Source of the DNA: Candidatus Thorarchaeota archaeon
Lineage (GTDB): Archaea; Asgardarchaeota; Heimdallarchaeia; Hodarchaeales; Hodarchaeaceae
DNA length: 24,000 bases
NCBI GenBank assembly: GCA_048882505.1
Contig: JBHLRO010000030.1
Coordinates: 11,350-35,349 of the forward strand
Direction: 5' to 3'
In this document: in pieces, positions 1 to 7,876 of the stretch
Numbering within the stretch: position 1 is the first letter of the stretch
Layout of the letters: every line of letters begins with the position of its first letter
Position numbers and translations under genes: made by a program
Notes under the pieces: generated by a model
Database searches by the model: none
Seen by the model: the letters and a program-made list of their open reading frames with translations, nothing else
Told to the model about the DNA's origin: nothing

Positions 1-59
1 TCCAGTTATGCTTACACGAACCCTCGGACGGATGGCTGAAAAAGGAATACTTAACTTCG

Positions 60-1148
60 ATGAGTCTCGTGATATTATTAGATACGAGTGAGGCGGAAAT
101 TATCACGATATCCGAATTAAGTAATGAACCAGAAAATCTGCATGAAGATTGGGTTTTCCATCGAAATCTTACATCAGGAAAAACCCAGTGTTTAGCATGT
201 GCCCGCCATTGTCACTTGATTTCAGGTGAAATTGGATGGTGTGGTGCACGGATGTGTCAGGAAGGGAAAGTTGTACCTAGAACGTATGGTTTGGTTTCTT
301 CCGTTGCTGTTGACCCCATTGAGAAAAAACCCCTTTACCACTTTCTACCTGGAACGGGTATCCTTAGCATCGGTGCTACTGGGTGTAATATGAGGTGCCT
401 CCACTGTCAAAACCATTCTATATCCCAAAGCCGGGCCATCGCTCACCTCCAAAGAGTATCTCCTCGTGAACTCGTGAATCAGGCATTGGAAAGGAATCTA
501 CCTTCTATAGCGAGTACGTATAATGAACCGATGATTGCTTACGAATATGTTAGGGATATTGGAAGGATAGCCCATCAAGAAGGATTGAAGATGGTGGTCG
601 TAGATAATGGCTACATTAGCAAACGACTGGCAGAAAGACTCACACCTTATCTTGATGGGGCTAATATTGATGTTAAAGGTTTTTCCGACGAATTCTATGG
701 GGAAATCTGTGACGTGAGGGCATGGAAGCTCGTTTTGAAGACCTGTGAAGTTTTTTTCCAACGGGGTGTGCATCTAGAGATAACTAACCTCATTATCCCA
801 ACGAAGAATGATAATATGGAGATGATTAGGGAGATGTGTGAATGGATGGTGACCAAACTCAGTCCAAATGTACCTCTCCACTTCTCAGCGTTTCACCCTG
901 ATTACAGATTGAGGAACCTACCTCACACTCCCATGAAAACATTAGAAGATGCCCTAGCGGTTGCCAAGGACGTAGGGCTTAATTATGTATATCTTGGGAA
1001 TGTTAGGGGTCGTAAGGGTAACGATACTTACTGTCATAACTGTCATAGCCATTTAATCTCTCGTGCTGGCTATTATACGAAGCTACTTGGAATTACGGAG
1101 GGTAGATGCACTAAATGCAACACAGAAATTCCAGGGGTCTTTCTCTAA
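60..1148 (+). CDS. amrS: AmmeMemoRadiSam system radical SAM enzyme (pyruvate formate-lyase activase-like)
   Basis: Radical SAM CxxxCxxC motif (GCNMRCLHCQN). An N-terminal Cys cluster (CLACARHCHLISGEIGWCGARMC) and a C-terminal CHNCHSH...CTKC cluster are typical of this family. The reading frame stays open upstream to nt 3, so the true start could lie outside the window. Confidence 0.8.
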   Translation: MSLVILLDTSEAEIITISELSNEPENLHEDWVFHRNLTSGKTQCLACARHCHLISGEIGWCGARMCQEGKVVPRTYGLVSSVAVDPIEKKPLYHFLPGTGILSIGATGCNMRCLHCQNHSISQSRAIAHLQRVSPRELVNQALERNLPSIASTYNEPMIAYEYVRDIGRIAHQEGLKMVVVDNGYISKRLAERLTPYLDGANIDVKGFSDEFYGEICDVRAWKLVLKTCEVFFQRGVHLEITNLIIPTKNDNMEMIREMCEWMVTKLSPNVPLHFSAFHPDYRLRNLPHTPMKTLEDALAVAKDVGLNYVYLGNVRGRKGNDTYCHNCHSHLISRAGYYTKLLGITEGRCTKCNTEIPGVFL

Positions 1149-1160
1149 TTCAGATCAGCC

Positions 1161-1586
1161 TTAAATAATTCTAATAGGGAGTTCTATTACCTTTCCCTTG
1201 CGAAGGGCGAATGCTTTGAGTTTTGGATCGGATCCGTCCCCTCCGATCAACCACGTATAAGGATACGGCCAATATTCCATGAAATGTATGTCCTGGAGAG
1301 AAGGGGCGAGACGAGCATTCTTAGGATGACTGTGAAATATCCCTACTAACTCTCTTCCCTCTTTCTCGTATTTCATAATGTGGTGGTAGAAGATTTCATA
1401 ATCGATACTGAAGTGGGTCGATGATTCATCCAGATTGAGCATTGGTTCGAAATCTGTTACATTAACATGATCCTGGGGCTCCCATTCTCCAAAAGCGAGT
1501 CCTACAACTTCAATAGGTTGATCTTCTTTTAACAATGATATAATTTCTCGGTAACAAGAATTAGAAATAGATATAGAAGGTGACAC
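1161..1586 (-). CDS. JAMM/MPN-domain metalloprotease (Mov34/PAD-1 family)
   Basis: JAMM-like metal motif FHSHPKNARLAPSLQD (HxH...SxxD, one residue longer spacer than the textbook x7). Upstream EVVGLAFGE glutamate region. The 141-aa size is typical of stand-alone prokaryotic JAMM proteins. Confidence 0.8.
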   Translation of the reverse strand: MSPSISISNSCYREIISLLKEDQPIEVVGLAFGEWEPQDHVNVTDFEPMLNLDESSTHFSIDYEIFYHHIMKYEKEGRELVGIFHSHPKNARLAPSLQDIHFMEYWPYPYTWLIGGDGSDPKLKAFALRKGKVIELPIRII

Positions 1587-1638
1587 AGAACCACCTCCAT
1601 TATTTAATCATATGAAGAGCTTAGGAACGTGCCTTTAT

Positions 1639-3039
1639 TTATGGATATTCAGGATGAACACTATACGGGGGAATAATCTTATCAGGAGAGTTCAGGGCTT
1701 CAATATACCGCTGCTGGGCCGCTGGTTCACCGTGGATCGGCAAAATCTTGGTTGGGTTTGTATATTTTACGACCTCGAGGAGGCCTCCTTGGGAGGCATG
1801 GCCTGAGAATTGGAATCGTTTTACCTCCAATTCAAGGTTAACATTATAGAGGCCTCCAAAACCGTTGTTCAATAAAATTTGTCGCTGCCCTGCGATTATA
1901 TCTGATCCTACAGTCCCTTCGACTTGATAGCCCACGATATAAAGGCCGTTTTTTGGGTCACTCCCTAGATCGAACTTTCCCAGATATTCGTAAATTGGAC
2001 CGCCCTCGATCATACCCGATGTCGTCAATATGATGATAGGTTTTTCCTGATTTGCCAATAATGCTCGTTTTCTATTTCTTCCTCCAGTTGGAAGGATCTC
2101 ATCAATTTTGTGGATACCCTCATGGTCGAATGGTGATTTGTATCCATTCGCTTTTAGAAAGCTAAGCAATCGTTTGGATACCCACTTTTCGGTTAAATAC
2201 CGTCTATATATCTTGTTTATATCAAGGATCATGCCATCTATCCAGAGTTGATATGAATCTAGAAACGTGTCAAACTCCTGGATCAAGTAGGTTTGAATTT
2301 CTTGTGAACGGCCCAGTGCAAATGAGGGTATTATCGCTTTTCCACCTCGGGAATAACACTGTAGTAATTTTTGTGTTAACTTTGAGGTTGTTTCCTTCCG
2401 CGATGGTAAAGGCCGAGTGGCATTGGTAGTCTCCGTAATCAATATATCGATGGGTTCCTCCAAAGAATCATTCATGAAATTCGGATCATGAAAGGGTGTT
2501 TTGGCGTCATTTATATCCCCGGTATAAAAAATCCTGGTTCCATCCCAATCAAGCAGAATGCACGCACTACCTAAGATGTGACTAGCATCATAAAATTCAG
2601 CAGAAATACCGTCCAAAAGTCGAAAAGATCGGTTATAATTGTGAGGAACAGAATTTCGCAGGGCGTGATCGAGATGACGAAGACTAAAATGAGTTTCTCC
2701 CTCGATTTTCAAGTGGTCTTTCCATAAAATTTTCACGATATCTTTTGTAGGTGCCGTTAGATGGATATCATTAGCATATCCCCAGCGATAGAGGGCTGGA
2801 ACATATGCTGAATGGTCTATATGAGCGTGGGAAACCAACACGGCATCTATATCAGGGCTTAGATCATCGAGCTGCGCGGGGGGAGTCGATCGTTGGTCTG
2901 TTCTTCTTGGATGAAGTTGAATACCTGCATCCAAGATGATCCGTCTATCTCTGTCTGAAATCATAATACATGATTTGCCAACGGATTCTGCGGCCCCAAG
3001 CACTGTGACTGTAAGCATTTCGATCAAGCCATAAGGCAT
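1639..3039 (-). CDS. Metallo-beta-lactamase/beta-CASP family ribonuclease (aCPSF2 / aRNase J-like)
   Basis: MBL motif VSHAHIDHSAY, a later GD...D motif (FYTGDINDA), beta-CASP-like middle region and a C-terminal PIHGEP histidine motif. An alternative start is Met8 at nt 3018 (MLTVTVLGAAES...). The subfamily cannot be assigned by eye. Confidence 0.75.
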   Translation of the reverse strand: MPYGLIEMLTVTVLGAAESVGKSCIMISDRDRRIILDAGIQLHPRRTDQRSTPPAQLDDLSPDIDAVLVSHAHIDHSAYVPALYRWGYANDIHLTAPTKDIVKILWKDHLKIEGETHFSLRHLDHALRNSVPHNYNRSFRLLDGISAEFYDASHILGSACILLDWDGTRIFYTGDINDAKTPFHDPNFMNDSLEEPIDILITETTNATRPLPSRKETTSKLTQKLLQCYSRGGKAIIPSFALGRSQEIQTYLIQEFDTFLDSYQLWIDGMILDINKIYRRYLTEKWVSKRLLSFLKANGYKSPFDHEGIHKIDEILPTGGRNRKRALLANQEKPIIILTTSGMIEGGPIYEYLGKFDLGSDPKNGLYIVGYQVEGTVGSDIIAGQRQILLNNGFGGLYNVNLELEVKRFQFSGHASQGGLLEVVKYTNPTKILPIHGEPAAQQRYIEALNSPDKIIPPYSVHPEYP

Positions 3040-3215
3040 GTGATAGAGGAACGGTGGTTAATCAGGGTAAAAACTGGAGATCCACTGTTTTCTCTGCTGA
3101 AGCAACGAGAGAATACCCACAATAAGAATTTTCGGTTCTATATTTCGAACCAATGGTTCGTCTAAGGAAAAATCTATATAACCAAAGAGTCCTCCCCCCC
3201 CTTAGGTGCACTCTG

Positions 3216-3923
3216 ATGCCAGTCGACCCACAACAAATACCGCTTTCAGGGATTCCCATTGGCATTTTTCTGATGTTTTTGGGTTCACTCCTGGGATTAA
3301 TTCCTTTATATGACCTTGGATTTATAATATTCCTCGGTTCACTAGCAATAGTGTTTATTCAATGGATTAGTAGCGGGGGTATTGCAGAAATGTTAAATTG
3401 GCTTCCATTGGTTTTGATACTGGCAATTGTCTTAACACTTTCGTCTGATTTCGTGAGTCAATCCCCTGAAACTCAAGTTTTTACATGGCCTTTGATACTC
3501 TTCGTTTTAGTGCTGATCCTTGGTTTCATGTTCGCTCAAGGAGGGGATCTAAGTTTTATTATGCCTTTTTTACCGTTTTTATTAGGAATCGGCATAATTG
3601 GAGTGGTAGGCGGGGAATTATTGTGGCAAGACGCGTTTCGGGGTTTGGCTTATAGTATTGGCTTTCTAGGGATTGTGGTTGTGCTTATTTGGCTGCGAGT
3701 CCGTAAAACCCAACGTATGGCACCTATAGTAGGGGATAAGGAACATATGATTGGAAAAACAGGACTAACTCTAAGTTTGATCTCCCCTGACGTTGAAGGA
3801 CGCGTGAGGGTTGGGGGGGCGACTTGGAAGGCACAGTCTGAGGTTAAAATCTATGAGAATGAGCCGATTCAAGTCGTGGGCATTGAAGGCTTGGTTCTCA
3901 AAGTCAAACCAAAATCAAGATGA
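3216..3923 (+). CDS. NfeD-family membrane protein (C-terminal OB-fold NfeD domain)
   Basis: Multiple hydrophobic helices are followed by GKTGLTLSLISPDVEGRVRVGGATWKAQSE...VVGIEGLVLKVKP, the characteristic NfeD C-terminal domain. The start is moved from the ORF-track 3153 to ATG 3216, which has AGGTG (3204-3208) 7 nt upstream. Confidence 0.7.
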   Translation: MPVDPQQIPLSGIPIGIFLMFLGSLLGLIPLYDLGFIIFLGSLAIVFIQWISSGGIAEMLNWLPLVLILAIVLTLSSDFVSQSPETQVFTWPLILFVLVLILGFMFAQGGDLSFIMPFLPFLLGIGIIGVVGGELLWQDAFRGLAYSIGFLGIVVVLIWLRVRKTQRMAPIVGDKEHMIGKTGLTLSLISPDVEGRVRVGGATWKAQSEVKIYENEPIQVVGIEGLVLKVKPKSR

Positions 3924-4045
3924 CCCCTAATTCGTTATTTTTGCACTTCTGTCCGTGTCAACGATCCCTCGGAAATTATATATTAATCAAGATGGAATAT
4001 TATCTATTAGATCAAAATCATGATCTTAGACCTATAACGGATCAA

Positions 4046-4119
4046 GGGCCGGTGGTCTAGCTCGGTATGACGGCTCCCTCACACGGAGCAGGTCGATGGT
4101 TCAAATCCGTCCCGGCCCA
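4046..4119 (+). tRNA. tRNA-Val (anticodon CAC)
   Basis: Hand-folded cloverleaf:
- Acceptor stem GGGCCGG/CCGGCCC.
- D-arm GTCT/TGAC with one T-T mismatch.
- Anticodon stem GCTCC/GGAGC with loop CTCACAC.
- Variable region AGGTC.
- T-arm GATGG-TTCAAAT-CCGTC.
- Discriminator A.
No encoded CCA and no intron. Confidence 0.9.
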
Positions 4120-4140
4120 TTCTCTTTATTGGCCCATGAA

Positions 4141-6378
4141 TCATGTGGAAGATTCAAACGCATCCAAAATATACGAGTATATGGTTTTTTCTTCTCCGGA
4201 CGATTTGGCAAACAATCGTCGCACAATTAATTCTGGTGTACTAGCTGCATATTGATAATACACTGGGGTACGATCCACCAAAAGTTCTAAATCCTCCGAA
4301 AGTCCTTGCGCTTCAATGCCATCAATTCTTAGAGCCTCTTTGCTGTATTTTGCAATTTCTTGAGCGAGATGAGTAACGAAAATCCCCACAGAATGCGATG
4401 ATCGTCCCAATAAATCAAGAAACGCGGCGATCACACGAGCGGATGCCCCCGGTTCAGAGATACTCTCCATTTCGTCTGCTAAAACCAAACGAGAATGAGG
4501 GCTCATGATCATCTGCGAGAGAGTTTGCAGCGTAGTTTCGAAAGCACCTGCATCCATCTGGCCTGCCGCCTTTCTATAGTAATGGAGTTCCTTGAATCCT
4601 CCTAGCACTGCTTTTTTACACGGAATTGGGAGTCCCATCTGACCAAGAATTACCATTACGGCAAGTGAAACGATCAGGGTTGTCTTACCTCCGCTATTGG
4701 CACCAGAGAGCAGAACAATGCGTTCTCCGCTTACTACTCCATCGATCGTTCCAACTTCACCTACTGCATAAGATACTGGCTGAACCTTTGCTCCACCGCG
4801 TAGCTCCTGCTGGGCGAGAAATAGATTACGACCATTTTCAATTAATAATCCAGTTTTCGAGGATTCCCCGAGTTGAGGTAGGATTAATTGATATGTTGAA
4901 GCGAACTTACCCAGCATAAATAGGTAATCAAGTTCCAACATGTAGTTTAATGCTTGTTTAGCGATGTTTTCATATTGTTTCAGCGCTTTGGCCAGTCTAG
5001 TCTTTAACTCAAAGGATTTGATGGCACGTCGTTGTCGAAGATATGTTGTTAAACGGGAAACAATATCCTCAACAGGATCTACGGGATATCGAAGTTCTCG
5101 TGGAAATATCCCTACAAGGTATTCAATCTCCTCGTCCTGGAGATCAAGGGCTTTGATAAGACTTTCTTCCGCCTTATTTATGATCTCTTCAACTGCCATG
5201 AAGAGTTCATCATCCAAGTATTCTCGAAGATCCGTCCGACCACTGTCGGGAGCGTATTGGGAATCTTCAGATGAAATACCCTTAATGAGGGCGAGGATTT
5301 TTTCTCCTCCGAGTTCAACTGTGGACTGTTGGAGCTTTTTCTCAAGAGCCTCATTAAGTCCGATGAGAATCTCATCGAGCTTGGTTTCAAATAGCGTCTC
5401 TGCTCGTAATAAACGGGAGTATTCCACATTTAGGTCTGAGGTTGGTTCCCCAGATTCTTCCAAATTCCCCAGTTCTTTTCCCATTTCTCTTAGCATCTCT
5501 AGATCGAGATCCTCAATATAGGCACTTAACGCGGAGGACGGTAGAGTTTGAAGGAGATGGGTGAGACCGGCAATTGATTCAAGCGTTCTTTTGTTTCTGG
5601 CGAAAAAACTTAGGGTTTTTTCCGGAACAATCTGAACCAGATCATTCCGAGCCGATTCGCCGACCGTCACAACATTAGGAAGACTGTCATCTAGCAGGAC
5701 ATCAGAACCAATCCAGATAATCTCATCATATCCTTTTGTATAATCGCCTATTCGTTCGATATCATCGATAAGAGTAACCTCACAATGATAACCTACATCG
5801 GATGTGGTAAGATCTTTAAACAAATCCCTGTCAGGAGTGACAATCAATCTTGATGCAGTGTCAAGGCGCGCCTTTTGCTCTTTAAGAGGAGTTAGATTGC
5901 GCAAGAGAGTGTCATATTCCTTGTAGGAATGAGGGGATGCATGAATTAGTGATGCCAATTGCATTCCCAGATGAGCCACATTTTGACGTTCCCTGATTTT
6001 ATCGAGTGCAGAAATAGGGAGAGGGAAGTAGAGATACAATTTTGAGCGAGCATACAGGGTATTTGCAAATTTAGCAATGATATCAATCGTCTGATTGTAG
6101 ATACGGATTGCATCCTCGGTTTTCAAGAAATTCCGAACATCTTCTCCTGTTTCTTGAAAATGCAGATTGCGGCACAAGCTTAAAGCGAATTTTTCCCCGA
6201 TTCCTTCAATAGCTGAGATTTCAGCTATCCGAGATTCACGTAATGCTAGTAGAACGGCAGCTTCACTTCCAAATGCGGCTACGAGCCTATCTGCCACGGA
6301 GGGCCCAATCCCACGAATATCTCGAAGGTTTGTTATACTCAAAGTCTGTTCCTTTCGCTTGGCTATCTTTTTAAACAA
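4141..6378 (-). CDS. MutS-family ATPase (archaeal MutS2/MutS5-like) with N-terminal helix-hairpin-helix repeats
   Basis: N-terminus IRGIGPSVADRL...IEGIGEKFALSL (tandem HhH). C-terminal MutS domain V motifs: Walker A SGANSGGKTT, Walker B LVLADEMES, and FVTHLAQEI (equivalent to the MutS FATHY motif). No mismatch-binding domain or Smr domain is recognisable by eye. Confidence 0.75.
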   Translation of the reverse strand: MFKKIAKRKEQTLSITNLRDIRGIGPSVADRLVAAFGSEAAVLLALRESRIAEISAIEGIGEKFALSLCRNLHFQETGEDVRNFLKTEDAIRIYNQTIDIIAKFANTLYARSKLYLYFPLPISALDKIRERQNVAHLGMQLASLIHASPHSYKEYDTLLRNLTPLKEQKARLDTASRLIVTPDRDLFKDLTTSDVGYHCEVTLIDDIERIGDYTKGYDEIIWIGSDVLLDDSLPNVVTVGESARNDLVQIVPEKTLSFFARNKRTLESIAGLTHLLQTLPSSALSAYIEDLDLEMLREMGKELGNLEESGEPTSDLNVEYSRLLRAETLFETKLDEILIGLNEALEKKLQQSTVELGGEKILALIKGISSEDSQYAPDSGRTDLREYLDDELFMAVEEIINKAEESLIKALDLQDEEIEYLVGIFPRELRYPVDPVEDIVSRLTTYLRQRRAIKSFELKTRLAKALKQYENIAKQALNYMLELDYLFMLGKFASTYQLILPQLGESSKTGLLIENGRNLFLAQQELRGGAKVQPVSYAVGEVGTIDGVVSGERIVLLSGANSGGKTTLIVSLAVMVILGQMGLPIPCKKAVLGGFKELHYYRKAAGQMDAGAFETTLQTLSQMIMSPHSRLVLADEMESISEPGASARVIAAFLDLLGRSSHSVGIFVTHLAQEIAKYSKEALRIDGIEAQGLSEDLELLVDRTPVYYQYAASTPELIVRRLFAKSSGEEKTIYSYILDAFESST

Positions 6379-6532
6379 GAATCCCAGGATTCTTTTTTGC
6401 TTTTTTCTCCTTTAACTCCCACATAGCGCTAGTAAATTCAAAATTAAAAACAATTTTCTGCTATATTTTCTCAACTCGACAGGAAATCTTCGATTCGGAA
6501 TATTAACAGTCAAAGTCAAAAGCAATCGATAA

Positions 6533-7495
6533 TTAAATACCAAGTTTGGTTATTCGTTTTGGATTTACCTCACGAATAAAAGTATGTAGCTCAGAAAACG
6601 AACAATGGTCACTATATGGGAAAAAATGGACATCAAGGCGTTTGTGGGCCAATTTTATTGCCCAACCCGTCGGTGATATTCGTAGTGCGTCCGAAATTTT
6701 GGGATGTAAGGAATTATCAATTCCCTGGAGATTTTCAACCATTCTTCTACTCCCAACAAAGACTTGAACATCATCGTTGTCTGTGAAAATATCCCATTCC
6801 CCGCCAATCTCCTTAAAAATCTCAATTTTTTGAGGTGGGGCCCAGATTTTTTTTCCAATTGCTTTGCTGATTGTTTGAAATAAAATCTCCTTGCCTATCT
6901 GGTATGCGGACAACCAGACATTTCTTTCAGGGTAATTTCCTGGGGCATGAATTAAGGTAAGGATATCCGAAATAAGCTCCTTGCGAGAAGGAAAATCATA
7001 TTTTGGATCTCTTCCATACACGTAGTCCACGTATAAATGATCAGGATTTCTTAATAATTCCATTTCCTCAATGATGACTGAACCAAGACGAAAATCGCCC
7101 GTATATACTTCTTTAGTTCCATCATTATCTTCTATAACAAACATTAAGCTGCCCAGACAATGATTGGCGTCCAGACAGTGAACCTTAAAATCGTCAAAAT
7201 CCAAAGATTGGCTAGGTTTGACGATTAAGCACTTTTCCCGGGGAATTCGATGTAAAGCTTTGATAACCGCCGCTGTTTCTCGTGTACATACGACCGTAGA
7301 ATCTTGAGCGGTAATAATATTCTTTAATCCTCTAGTATGGTCAGAATGGGCATGTGATAGGAAAAAATACCCGGATGAAGGTCTTCTGCGATCGTTTCTA
7401 CCAAAAGGAAATTCATCGAAATAACTTCTGGCGATCGAAGAATACACGTCGATTTCCTCTTGATATCTAGTGGGAAAAACCTCTTGAATGAACAA
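6533..7495 (-). CDS. SNM1/PSO2/Artemis-family DNA repair metallo-beta-lactamase (DRMBL, beta-CASP)
   Basis: Motifs closely resemble eukaryotic SNM1, as recalled from memory:
- FLSHAHSDHTRG (HxHxDH).
- CLDANHCLGSLMFVI (cf. LLDANHCPGAVM).
- VYTGDFR.
- LYVDYVYG...YDFPSRKE.
- C-terminal YSDHCSFSELHTFIREVNPKRI (cf. YSEHSSY..L..FV..L.P..I). Confidence 0.8.
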   Translation of the reverse strand: MFIQEVFPTRYQEEIDVYSSIARSYFDEFPFGRNDRRRPSSGYFFLSHAHSDHTRGLKNIITAQDSTVVCTRETAAVIKALHRIPREKCLIVKPSQSLDFDDFKVHCLDANHCLGSLMFVIEDNDGTKEVYTGDFRLGSVIIEEMELLRNPDHLYVDYVYGRDPKYDFPSRKELISDILTLIHAPGNYPERNVWLSAYQIGKEILFQTISKAIGKKIWAPPQKIEIFKEIGGEWDIFTDNDDVQVFVGSRRMVENLQGIDNSLHPKISDALRISPTGWAIKLAHKRLDVHFFPYSDHCSFSELHTFIREVNPKRITKLGI

Positions 7496-7635
7496 TAAAT
7501 GTGGTACGATTCAGTTTGGTTTATCAGTTTTCCAATTGGTTAATTTACGGTAGTAATCCTTATTCCTTCTTGTCCAGCAACATGGAACGAGTAAAAGACA
7601 TCATCCTAGATATTAAACCATCCAAAAGTAGATTG

Positions 7636-7675
7636 CGAAAATTTTTAAAGACTCTTAGAACCGCCTTTAATTGAA
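7636..7675 (+). promoter_or_regulatory. Candidate BRE/TATA region for the permuted 5S transcript
   Basis: AT-rich boxes cgaaaatttttaaag (7636-7650) and tttaattgaa (7666-7675) lie 30-70 nt upstream of the first nucleotide of the processing stem (7707). No experimental TSS is available, so this is positional inference only. Confidence 0.25.
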
Positions 7676-7706
7676 TCTAAAGGTACAGAATCTCACGTTG
7701 TATCAT

Positions 7707-7727
7707 GACATCGAGATCCTGCCGGAA
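7707..7727 (+). other. Leader strand of a BHB-like processing stem (GACAU-C-GAG-AUCCUG-CCGG-AA)
   Basis: Pairs with 7877-7892 and 7871-7874:
- GACAU (7707-11) with AUGUC (7888-92).
- GAG (7713-15) with CUC (7885-87).
- AUCCUG (7716-21) with CAGGAU (7878-83).
- CCGG (7722-25) with CCGG (7871-74).
- The 3-nt bulge AAG is at 7726-28. Confidence 0.6.
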
Positions 7728-7876
7728 GTTAAGCCGAGTTTCGTTCTGATCTGTACTGTTATGCGCGAGCTTACGGGAACATCAGAAAACGGGTATTGCC
7801 CGTTCATAGGGCTCGAGTAACACCCGGTCTCATTCCGAAAGATATGAAGGAATTTCTTCATTCCGGGAACCCGGAA
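7728..7876 (+). rRNA. Circularly permuted 5S rRNA-like gene (3' portion, capped helix I, then 5' portion)
   Basis: All canonical 5S elements are present but in rotated order:
- 7728-7741 GUUAAGCCGAGUUU: loop B 3' side and helix II 3' strand.
- 7746-7785 CUGAUCUGUACUGUUAUGCGCGAGCUUACGGGAACAUCAG: helix V, loop E, helix IV, with GCGA as loop D.
- 7788-7793 AACGGG: helix I 3' strand.
- 7794-7798 UAUUG: cap loop.
- 7799-7804 CCCGUU: helix I 5' strand.
- 7805-7808 CAUA: loop A.
- 7809-7817 GGGCUCGAG: helix II 5' strand, pairing with GAGUUU through three G-U and three Watson-Crick pairs.
- 7818-7839 UAACACCCGGUCUCAUUCCGAA: loop B, helix III, loop C.
- 7870-7876 CCCGGAA: helix III 3' strand.
Re-joining 7876 to 7728 gives the archaeal 5S consensus ...ACACCCGGUCUCAUUCCGAA[30 nt]CCCGGAAGUUAAGCC... 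Confidence 0.8.
7840..7869 (+). other. 30-nt insertion in 5S loop C containing a 7-bp hairpin
   Basis: AGAUAUGAAGGAAUUUCUUCAUUCCGGGAA interrupts the otherwise contiguous CAUUCCGAA|CCCGGAAG consensus. The hairpin is AUGAAGG-AAUU-UCUUCAU (7844-7861). CAUUCCG is directly repeated at 7831-7837 and 7859-7865. Confidence 0.6.

Noticed and set aside
498-773. Remaining short overlapping ORFs: 498-773 (-), 1612-1806 (+), 3062-3265 (-), 6167-6415 (+), 6546-6858, 8648-9020, 9614-10263, 10809-11441, 12297-13154, 13354-14590 (+/-), 17390-17602, 18225-18950, 19582-19764, 20321-20605, 22765-23226 (+).
   Set aside because: Each lies within, and antisense or out of frame to, a longer ORF with clear family motifs or membrane and secretion signals. 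None has independent support.
4067-4255. 62-aa ORF on the + strand.
   Set aside because: It starts inside tRNA-Val and runs antisense into the 3' end of the MutS-like gene. It has no RBS and no recognisable motif.
4626-5521. ORFs 4626-4919 (+), 4964-5521 (+, Ser/Arg-rich 185 aa) and 5178-5429 (-) inside the MutS-like gene.
   Set aside because: These are antisense or off-frame shadows of a well-supported 745-aa CDS. Their composition is low-complexity, typical of non-coding frames.
7728-7760. RNase P RNA on the minus strand. The reverse complement reads CAGAACGAAACUCGGCUUAAC, reminiscent of the CR-V/P4 motif ACAGAACCCGGCUUA.
   Set aside because: No partner P4 strand (AAGNCCGAG) and no CR-I GAGGAAAGUCC element exist anywhere in 7500-8050. 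The match is simply the complement of the 5S GUUAAGCCGAG segment.
7838-7869. Canonical BHB intron for the 30-nt (or 28-nt) insertion in loop C.
   Set aside because: I tested all excision registers allowed by the terminal repeats (GAA shift 0-3; CAUUCCG shift 0-7). In none does a 4-nt segment after the 5' site pair with the 4 nt after the 3' site. Only one 3-nt bulge is available.
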